DNA of 14,519 nt from Pseudobdellovibrionaceae bacterium (GTDB lineage Bacteria > Bdellovibrionota > Bdellovibrionia > Bdellovibrionales > Bdellovibrionaceae). This document shows positions 7,928 to 14,519 of this stretch, piece by piece. A program made the position numbers and the translations under genes. Numbering within the stretch: the first letter of the stretch is position 1; every line of letters begins with the position of its first letter. The notes under the pieces were generated by a model. It was not told the origin of the DNA. It searched no databases and was given only the letters and a program-made list of their open reading frames with translations. The stretch spans positions 1-14,519 of the forward strand of contig JBGGMM010000046.1 of the NCBI GenBank assembly GCA_041288045.1, in the 5' to 3' direction.

Positions 7928-9039
7928 TTTGCTGCTCCTAGCGCCAAAGATGGTAAGTTGTTCTGCGCGTACCGCTCAATGGATTGCAGCGTGGAAGCTG
8001 GGATTTCACCACGAATCAGTTTTTTGAAAAATTCAGCTGGAAGCATGATTTTTCCATGTATTGTTTGAAGTGCAGCAACTGCTTTCAAAAAATTCTGCAA
8101 ACTGGATAAGCGCTTGATGTAGGCGGCAACGACGACCGCCAGCTTCGCTGCTCCAACTCCTCCAGCTGCCATCAAGAGGAAATCAGGCCCAAGCTCTGCC
8201 ACGAGACCACAAACAATTTCGGAAGTTAAGCTTTCCGGTAAGCTTTTGCTCGCTTCAAGGCCTTTTTTGATTTCCTCTTTGATATTGAAAGCGACAGATT
8301 TTAGGTTTTCAAAAGAATGAACAATCGAACTCCACGCCTCCTTGGGATTGCTCATCACTTCACCGATGAACTCTGGAATTCCAGTCACTTTTCGAAGAGC
8401 GCTGTGCCTGAAGCCATCCCAGGAACTTAAGAGGCAAGCCCCCAATCTGGATGTGCCTTCGTTTTGATCAGCTGTCTGAGAGACAGCTTGAAAGTGCAAA
8501 TCTTGACGTAACCTTGGCGGATTTTCACAAATTTCCGCTCTTGCTGTTGAAACGGCAACTTGGGAAAAAATCTCCCATTTCGTAGGAGACTGAAAGTGAG
8601 AGCTATTTTTACGTAATACTTTCTCAAGTTTCGCTATCTGATTCTCCACGCTGCGACGATCGAATTTATAAAAAAAGGCAGTGGTCGTCAGTTCCGGAGA
8701 AGAAACAAAATGAAAGAGAAACCCGTCGGGGTGAACGATCAGACGATTTGCGAATTTTTGATTTTTCGGCTTCAGCCCTAATTTCAAAAAAACTGCTCGA
8801 TTCATTTCACGATCTGAATAACCTTGATCGAGCCAATAAGGAGAGGCGTCCTTCAAAGGACCTGTCTTAAAGGGAATCAAATTTTCCTCGACCAGAATTT
8901 GGTTGAAGGCTTCGATGATTTGGTTTGCATGAACCTGAGTTTGAATTTGCGGAAAATACGAAAAATCCTCTGGCCAACTTTCAGCATGTGAAAACCTCGA
9001 AATCAGAGAATAGATGAGCAAAATCAGCATTTTCATCAT
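7915..9039 (-). CDS. Secreted hypothetical protein with a helical C-terminal half and a hydrophobic Gly/Ala segment
   Basis: 374 aa; signal peptide MKMLILLIYSLISRFSHA; hydrophobic stretch FLLMAAGGVGAAKLAVVVAAYI. Confidence 0.82.
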   Translation of the reverse strand: MMKMLILLIYSLISRFSHAESWPEDFSYFPQIQTQVHANQIIEAFNQILVEENLIPFKTGPLKDASPYWLDQGYSDREMNRAVFLKLGLKPKNQKFANRLIVHPDGFLFHFVSSPELTTTAFFYKFDRRSVENQIAKLEKVLRKNSSHFQSPTKWEIFSQVAVSTARAEICENPPRLRQDLHFQAVSQTADQNEGTSRLGACLLSSWDGFRHSALRKVTGIPEFIGEVMSNPKEAWSSIVHSFENLKSVAFNIKEEIKKGLEASKSLPESLTSEIVCGLVAELGPDFLLMAAGGVGAAKLAVVVAAYIKRLSSLQNFLKAVAALQTIHGKIMLPAEFFKKLIRGEIPASTLQSIERYAQNNLPSLALGAAKCGL

Positions 9040-9044
9040 TCGTC

Positions 9045-9072
9045 TTATCGAAATGAAAGGCTGCTATTTCAA
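9045..9072 (-). promoter_or_regulatory. Possible sigma28 promoter, likely leaderless transcript
   Basis: Minus strand TTGAA-N15-TTCGATAA, then GACGA-ATG; -10 box has 2 mismatches, -35 weak, no SD. Confidence 0.4.
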
Positions 9073-9159
9073 TGGACGAAAGCCCGGAATCTCGGCAACA
9101 AATCAGAAGAACGGCGTTGAGTAGGCAAACGCTAGTCACTCTGTTGTTTATGAGCAGGG

Positions 9160-11196
9160 TTATTTGCAGAGGTAATTTCTGACCGTTGTTGTGTAGGTGC
9201 CCATTCGCCCTGAGCAGAAAGCTTTAAAAATGGGTGCCTCTTTGTTCCCTTGAGCGATGTCGCTGGTGATTTTCGCTGCGGACTGATCTTTCATTTGGTG
9301 AAGATACTGGGTTGCTGTTGTGACAAGATCTGCCAAGGTGTTTTTGGCACTTAGGTTATTGGGTGTCTTACGAACAACATTTATATACTTTTCGATGTCG
9401 TCAAAGACCTTCAAAGGTGAAGCGGCGGCCATCTGAGGCACATCTGAAATGCCGCCATTCACTCGAACTCTCGATAAGGGATCTCGGGAAACTCCTCCCA
9501 AATAATTGACATCGGGTCTCGCTTTCGAAACGAGCTCAGAGACTTTCAAAAGCTCACGATCAGGCTGCATTGCCAAAGCATGAGTCATTCTCTCAGCTTC
9601 CCTTGAGTCATTGGCTGGCTTAAAGTTGATTGAGCTTAAAAGCCGATCGATAGAAGCGGCGGAGCCTTTTGGAAGGGTGATCAAAAGCTCAGTTGCAACA
9701 AACATTCGTCGCTCAGCAGCCGTTCTCTCAACCGGATCTAATGTTTTCATATGCCGGGCCGCCTCTCGAAAAGATTTCATCAACTCAGGCTCCTGATGAA
9801 AGGCACCAAAATGGGAGAGGTCATGCATAAACTCCGAATTCAAATTAAATGGAGTAAACGCAGAAGTGTAATAGGCATCCTCATCGGCTCGTCCAACGGC
9901 AAACAATCCTTTTTCAATTCCCTCCCAGAAGAGATTCTCAGGAACAATACCATCAGCCGACTGCACATAACCTGGCGGGGGCACTTCATCATATCGAACG
10001 ATCAAAAGCTGATTTGTTTCTGGATTCTTATAAACCTTTGCTGGGCGAAGAACTTCGGATTCTTTCAAAACGCCATTTTTGACGAGCTGGTCCGTTTTTC
10101 GATTCAAATTGTTGATCATAACATCGGGGTCCGCTTCGATCCGTTGACCGATTCTTCGAACTCCGAGCTCTTTGAGAAAAGAGATGTGCGGATCGCCTAC
10201 GGCTTCGGCATGTAGAAAACGTTTTGCAATATCCGGACGGTTGAGCGCATTCACCAGTCCCTCTTTTTGCTGGGATGTGTGCAACTGAGGAAGGGCTTGA
10301 GCGGCGACAGCTTCGGGAGCTACTTTGGAAGTGACGACCTTGGGAGCTACCTTTGCTGCCGTTTTGCTTGCTACAGCGGACTTCAGGGCACCAGGCGCAG
10401 ATGCAATCGAAAAAAGAATCTCGCAGCTGAGGGCCGCGGCCGCTCTTTGGTTGTAACACTCAAGACGCACGCCCATTTCACCCAGCTTTTCGTAAGCCAA
10501 ATCCCAAAGTGCCTGTGCAGTTGCTAGACCTGAACGGACTGAGCTGTGCTTTTTTTCCGATTCAGCCTGCCAGTCAATGTATTCGATCTGCTCTTCAGAG
10601 AGAGGGCCTTTGAGTTGATAGCTGTTCATGTCAATGGTTCGATTGGCAAATCGTTCACGAACTTTTCGGGCGTAATGAAGCTGCTTTTCCAGCTTTTCGC
10701 AGCTCATCTCTTTGAGTTTGGAATCTGCTGGGACGGCCACATTCAAAATTTTAGGAACTGATTCGTTGTAAAGTCTAAAAATATTCTGCTTGTGCTCAAG
10801 ACTCTTATCGCAAGACGCTAGCCGTTCTCTTTTTCTTTCAAGCTCAATTTTTTCTTGTGCCGCGCCCTCGCCAAGAGCTCTGCCGATGACACCAAAGGTT
10901 GGATCAAAAACACCACCGATTAAACAGCCATCGAGATGATTGAAAACAACATCCATGCCCGTATTTGTCATTCGATCTTGGCAGTTGAGCTCTTTGCTTT
11001 TGAGATCTTCACCTTCTTCTTTGATTTTTTTATAGAGCTGCTGGCAGTGCGGAGATTTTTTGATTTCCTCGCAGTTTCTGACTTGAACCTGCTGAAAATT
11101 TTGGCTGGGACTTTTGACGTGCGTGCATGCAGAACCATTCGCAGCTGTGGCTTGAAAACTGAATTGAAAAAGAGAGAAAAAAAGAACCCACTTCAT
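9160..11196 (-). CDS. Large secreted hypothetical protein: Cys-rich N-terminus, Ala/Lys/Val linker, C-terminal domain with HDxxH
   Basis: 678 aa; signal peptide MKWVLFFSLFQFSFQATA; 9 Cys in the first ~260 aa; linker SAVASKTAAKVAPKVVTSKVAPEA; FMHDLSHF. Confidence 0.85.
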   Translation of the reverse strand: MKWVLFFSLFQFSFQATAANGSACTHVKSPSQNFQQVQVRNCEEIKKSPHCQQLYKKIKEEGEDLKSKELNCQDRMTNTGMDVVFNHLDGCLIGGVFDPTFGVIGRALGEGAAQEKIELERKRERLASCDKSLEHKQNIFRLYNESVPKILNVAVPADSKLKEMSCEKLEKQLHYARKVRERFANRTIDMNSYQLKGPLSEEQIEYIDWQAESEKKHSSVRSGLATAQALWDLAYEKLGEMGVRLECYNQRAAAALSCEILFSIASAPGALKSAVASKTAAKVAPKVVTSKVAPEAVAAQALPQLHTSQQKEGLVNALNRPDIAKRFLHAEAVGDPHISFLKELGVRRIGQRIEADPDVMINNLNRKTDQLVKNGVLKESEVLRPAKVYKNPETNQLLIVRYDEVPPPGYVQSADGIVPENLFWEGIEKGLFAVGRADEDAYYTSAFTPFNLNSEFMHDLSHFGAFHQEPELMKSFREAARHMKTLDPVERTAAERRMFVATELLITLPKGSAASIDRLLSSINFKPANDSREAERMTHALAMQPDRELLKVSELVSKARPDVNYLGGVSRDPLSRVRVNGGISDVPQMAAASPLKVFDDIEKYINVVRKTPNNLSAKNTLADLVTTATQYLHQMKDQSAAKITSDIAQGNKEAPIFKAFCSGRMGTYTTTVRNYLCK

Positions 11197-11204
11197 CCCA
11201 TCTT

Positions 11205-11232
11205 GGATCGGAAAATCAGGGTTCTAACTTGG
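11205..11232 (-). promoter_or_regulatory. Possible sigma28 promoter
   Basis: Minus strand CCAAG-N15-TCCGATCC, 8 nt before the ATG at 11196. Confidence 0.4.
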
Positions 11233-11282
11233 TATTTTTTATCGAGAACTGGACTGGGCTTGAAGCCAGCGATGCCTTTCAA

Positions 11283-11837
11283 TTATTTGGCCGGATCCTG
11301 ATTCTCGGCCGGGCCTGAAGTGGCTGGCTGTGACGTGGATGAAGGTGGTGAGTTCGGGGAGCAGCCGCTCTCTTTCACCCATTTTATAAATTCGGGCTTT
11401 TTTGAGCGATTGGGGTCGAAATTGTAGGAAGGATCAATGGCTTCGTAGTATTTGCTTTTTCCGTAGATGTCAGAACCGTCATTGATTTCACGAAGACCAC
11501 GGTTGGCTCTTTCGCAGTGAAAGAGCTTGGCATTTGTATAGCCGCCTTTTTCTGGTTTGAACCAGCTATGGTGCGTTTCTGAGTGAACGTAACTGACTTG
11601 GCTAGTATGTCCCTTTGAATCCGCGCACGAATAAATACAGGCAAACTTTCCAGAAATGGAATAGCGTCCGCGTTTGGAGAGCTTCAGTTTTTCAATTTTA
11701 TCCATGAAGTAGCCTTTGCTCGGGTCATAGTCCTTGCTAGCCCACTGGCATTTGCAAATTTCTGGAGCAGGTGTGATATCAGCAAAAGTATCAAGGCATG
11801 TGAGAGCAATCAAAATTTGAAGCAAACGAATTTTCAT
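11283..11837 (-). CDS. Secreted Cys-rich hypothetical protein
   Basis: Signal peptide MKIRLLQILIALTCLDTFA; GGGAG SD; CxC, CxxxC and two further Cys; P/S-rich tail. Confidence 0.82.
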   Translation of the reverse strand: MKIRLLQILIALTCLDTFADITPAPEICKCQWASKDYDPSKGYFMDKIEKLKLSKRGRYSISGKFACIYSCADSKGHTSQVSYVHSETHHSWFKPEKGGYTNAKLFHCERANRGLREINDGSDIYGKSKYYEAIDPSYNFDPNRSKKPEFIKWVKESGCSPNSPPSSTSQPATSGPAENQDPAK

Positions 11838-11961
11838 TGCTCGGCTCCCACCAAAAGTAAACTCTTAGGAGATATTTTCTTTAGAGTGATTGTCAGTCTA
11901 ATTAGGTTTATGATTGCAAATCAGAGGACAATTGCAAGTCCAGCCAAGTCTTAAAACCCTC

Positions 11962-11988
11962 TCAAGAATCCCCTGAATCTTCCGATAA
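11962..11988 (+). promoter_or_regulatory. Sigma28 (FliA) promoter
   Basis: TCAAG-N14-TCCGATAA, matching the TMAAG-N14-GCCGATAA consensus in sequence and spacing. Confidence 0.72.
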
Positions 11989-11989
11989 G

Positions 11990-12086
11990 GTTTATGTCGG
12001 TTGGACATAAACACCTCCTATGTTAGTAGGAGACGACTTTCCAAAGTCACAGATGGCGGGGCCAAGGTCCTGCCATTTGCATTTTC
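11990..12086 (+). ncRNA. Candidate sigma28-dependent structured small RNA (about 90 nt)
   Basis: Four adjacent hairpins (11990-12012, 12015-12032, 12035-12048, 12050-12079) directly after the promoter, ending in CATTTT; contains CACCTCCT. Confidence 0.58.
12050..12086 (+). terminator. Intrinsic terminator
   Basis: CAGATGGCGGGGC-CAAG-GTCCTGCCATTTG, 13-bp stem with three G-U pairs on the + strand only, followed by CATTTTC. Confidence 0.65.
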
Positions 12087-12278
12087 AGAGCTGTGCTCAA
12101 ATCACATAAAATGCGAACGCAACGGAAGCTTTTGAGGACAGGACCTTCCTCACTTTCTTTGTTAATTTTTTGATGGATCCTTCATGTTGAAGAGAAAATC
12201 ACCGTTCAAGGAGCTGAAAGAGACTTTTGGGTGAAGTCTCAGGCATCAGCAAAGAGAAAGAGAAAAAGAAAGGTCCAC

Positions 12279-13715
12279 ATGAAAAACATCTTTGAGAGTT
12301 TGATTTTGATTCTTGTTGCAGGTCTGGTGATGCAGTCTCTGCCGGCGCAAGCGCAGAGCGATGGCAATCTCGTTGTCGATTCTCGCCGATCCTTGATCGT
12401 GAGCGAGCTTTCGATTCTGAAAAATTTCACTTTGAAACGCACGATGGATCAGCTGGCGGCTCAAGCCGCAGTTCCTGGTCTGACAGGAGAAAAACTTTTT
12501 CGACAATGGTTTGATATACTCAATCCCAAAGCTGAAAGCTTCACGCAAGGACCTCACTGTGACGATGAGCTGGATGTTTTGACGGGCCTTGGAATTTTGA
12601 ACAGTTTTCCATTCACTTGCCGACCTGGTTCGAAATTTTCGGAAGGGATGGAGGCCAGCCTTCCGACCAATCCGATCGATGGCTATGTGCCAATCACTCT
12701 CACCAATCGATTCGATGTGGCGCCATCAAATGGACGAAACTGCGGTGAGCACCGGATTGTGTATGCCAGAAGCTCGGGCATCACAGATGACCGAAACCGC
12801 AATTTTCTGATTTTCGAAGCGGCTCTGCCCAATCCTTTTCCTGAGCAGGGATTGAAGGGTTGTAAAATGGTTGTCAAATTTTGGGCTCAACTCACAAAAG
12901 AAAACGACCTTCTCAAGCGAGCGAAGCAATTGGAAAATTTCTATTACTTGGGTCTCGCTCCGTTCAAGCCAGTGGTTCACATCGGAAATTATGGCGAAAA
13001 CCCTCAGAGCGATGGGCAGATTCGAACCAATCAATTTATGCAGCCAAGATCTGAATTCACATCGGGTGTTTGGACTTTGCGTGAATACAAACTGCGAGTG
13101 ACGAAAGGTCTCAGCGCTGTCATTCAGCCAGCAACAGTGAAAACAAACCCTTTTGGGCCGCTCTTTCAATCGGGAAATCTGCACCCATTAGCAGCTGAAT
13201 TTCAAGATTACTTCCTGACTCAAGTTCGATCCTTGGCCACAACAGATTTCAGTTTCAATTACGTCGTCCCTGATCGTTTCAACACTGGACAGTCGCAAGC
13301 AAATGGTGCCGAAAACAATTACGTGACCCAATTGGGCGGGGACTCAAGTCCTTTCGGACAGAGAATCCAAGAAGAACTGGATCGCCTGGGAAGCCCACTG
13401 ACTCCCACTGAAATCGTCTCTCGAGCCCAGTCTCAGTCCTGTGCCGGCTGTCACCGCTTGAACAGCAATCCTGGCTTCAGCGAAGCCCAGCGCGCTCTCG
13501 GCGGAGGCCTTGTGTTCTCGACATCATTGGATTTCACTCACTCTGGAGAGCGGGCCAAAGAATTCGTGAATGGCCAAGAAGCTTGGGTGATTTCAAAAGT
13601 CCTCACAGAAATGCTTTTGCCAGCGCGAAAGAAGATCATGGTCGACTTTCTCGAAGACAAGCTCAAGCATCCCAATAATCCGAACAGCCCGATCAATGGG
13701 AAATCTCATCACTAA
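12279..13715 (+). CDS. Secreted protein with a single C-terminal CxxCH heme-c motif (uncharacterised family)
   Basis: Start reassigned to ATG 12279 (AAAGG SD); signal peptide MKNIFESLILILVAGLVMQSLPAQA; SCAGCH; conserved-looking blocks NRFD, CGEHRIVY, IFEAALPNP, GQIRTNQF, WTLREY. Confidence 0.85.
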   Translation: MKNIFESLILILVAGLVMQSLPAQAQSDGNLVVDSRRSLIVSELSILKNFTLKRTMDQLAAQAAVPGLTGEKLFRQWFDILNPKAESFTQGPHCDDELDVLTGLGILNSFPFTCRPGSKFSEGMEASLPTNPIDGYVPITLTNRFDVAPSNGRNCGEHRIVYARSSGITDDRNRNFLIFEAALPNPFPEQGLKGCKMVVKFWAQLTKENDLLKRAKQLENFYYLGLAPFKPVVHIGNYGENPQSDGQIRTNQFMQPRSEFTSGVWTLREYKLRVTKGLSAVIQPATVKTNPFGPLFQSGNLHPLAAEFQDYFLTQVRSLATTDFSFNYVVPDRFNTGQSQANGAENNYVTQLGGDSSPFGQRIQEELDRLGSPLTPTEIVSRAQSQSCAGCHRLNSNPGFSEAQRALGGGLVFSTSLDFTHSGERAKEFVNGQEAWVISKVLTEMLLPARKKIMVDFLEDKLKHPNNPNSPINGKSHH

Positions 13716-13728
13716 GCTGAGTTGAGGC

Positions 13729-13773
13729 GGGCTTCATTCCTGATCTTGACATAAAGATCGGGGATGTAAGCTC
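13729..13773 (+). terminator. Long stem-loop between convergent genes
   Basis: GGGCTTCATTCCTGATCTT-GACATA-AAGATCGGGGATG(T)AAGCTC, about 19 bp with G-U pairs on + and one bulge; no clear U-tract. Confidence 0.55.
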
Positions 13774-13785
13774 AGGTGTTGACCA

Positions 13786-14517
13786 TTATTGTTTCTGCAG
13801 CAAGGGGATATTGACTTTGTATTCATTGAACTGTGTTCCGCCACCTGCGTCCGAGTAAATTCCGCCAGGGCTTCGGCTGTCGCGAATAATCAGTTCACCA
13901 TTGATTTCGGTTTTAGCTGCTTGTGCTATTTCTTTGAGGAGGTATTTATGCTGATCTTTCAGGAGTTGCAGGTGAGGATGGTTTTGAGCATAGTCCTTTT
14001 CTAAGAAAACAGCAGGAGTTCCATCCAAGCGATGACCGAGTTTCAGGGCATTTCGAAGATATCCATAACCTAAGAAATCTGTTTCAATAACTTCTCCGGA
14101 TTTTAATTTGAACCGAGCGACACGCTTGTTTCCATCAAATTGAGATTCGATAAGACTCTTTGAGCTAATCCCATCTTGAACTTTTTTGTAGTCAGATGGA
14201 TTTTTAAAGTTTGGCTCTGTTACCACATAGCTGACCATTGCTTGAACTCCGGCATCGATGACGTAACCAAGCAGCGTGCCAATTATTCCCCCAGTGCGAT
14301 AATTTTGACAACTGGTTGCCTGGACGAGATCTCCAAGCATTAAAAGAAATTTTGGGTCACTATTTACAACCGAAAGAAGAATCGGCGTTTCTGATGATTG
14401 CGCTGCGATAGCTTCGATGCTTTGACGGAAGGAGAAGAGAGTTTTCATATAATTGTCCGACTGACCTTCTTTCACAAGTTGTGGATGTGAGAGTGCAAGA
14501 GTACGAAGCCAATCGAC
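13786..14517 (-). CDS. C-terminal part of a larger hypothetical protein (starts beyond the window)
   Basis: The frame stays open upstream of 14475 (VDWLRTLALSHPQLVKE...) to the window edge; motifs DPKFLLMLGD..SCQNY, LLGYVID, PAVFLEKDY. Confidence 0.8.
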   Translation of the reverse strand, partial: VDWLRTLALSHPQLVKEGQSDNYMKTLFSFRQSIEAIAAQSSETPILLSVVNSDPKFLLMLGDLVQATSCQNYRTGGIIGTLLGYVIDAGVQAMVSYVVTEPNFKNPSDYKKVQDGISSKSLIESQFDGNKRVARFKLKSGEVIETDFLGYGYLRNALKLGHRLDGTPAVFLEKDYAQNHPHLQLLKDQHKYLLKEIAQAAKTEINGELIIRDSRSPGGIYSDAGGGTQFNEYKVNIPLLQKQ

Positions 14518-14519
14518 GG

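Noticed and set aside
11239..11263. Second FliA-like box TCAAG-N12-CTCGATAA (-)
   Set aside because: Spacer 2 nt too short and -10 imperfect.
9611..11301. Chain of + strand ORFs opposite the 678-aa gene
   Set aside because: Antisense shadows with no SD or recognisable domain.
11932..11947. TTGGCTGGACTTGCAA (-) as a sigma54 promoter
   Set aside because: GG-to-GC spacing is 8 nt rather than the required 10.
11990..12086. Four-hairpin element as a tRNA or c-di-GMP riboswitch
   Set aside because: No closing acceptor stem, TTC T-loop or CCA; no GEMM-type consensus recognised.
12231..12278. Basic N-terminal extension KRKRKRK as an NLS or Tat-like signal
   Set aside because: Purine-rich UTR; ATG 12279 has the SD and gives a normal signal peptide. 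Extensions at 4260, 5338, 6963 and 7132 were trimmed for similar reasons.
5928..13773. AAGATC/GATCTT arms shared by the hairpins at 5928 and 13741 as a REP family
   Set aside because: Only 6 nt shared and the arm order is inverted; compatible with chance.

Overview
Bacterial chromosomal window, probably from a Bdellovibrio-like predator (Bdellovibrionota). That assignment is inferred from the PilZ-TM gene, the ppk1-sixA pair, the dense run of Cys-rich signal-peptide hypotheticals and FliA-like promoters. The left part is core-like: a partial secreted protein, a PilZ c-di-GMP receptor, ppk1 and sixA. From about 3.6 kb onward there is an accessory run of about 10 exported proteins. These include an M64-like metallopeptidase with a separately encoded partner resembling its usual N-terminal domain, two lipoproteins, two related helical/Cys secreted proteins, a small secreted protein ending in an RHS-toxin-tip-like domain, and a secreted CxxCH protein. 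The 3' end of a large gene closes the window. The most striking non-coding signal is at 11962-12086: a near-consensus sigma28 promoter followed by about 90 nt of consecutive hairpins with an anti-Shine-Dalgarno motif and an intrinsic terminator, i.e. a candidate unannotated sRNA. No rRNA, tRNA, CRISPR or transposase was seen. All family calls come from motif recognition by eye, not database searches.
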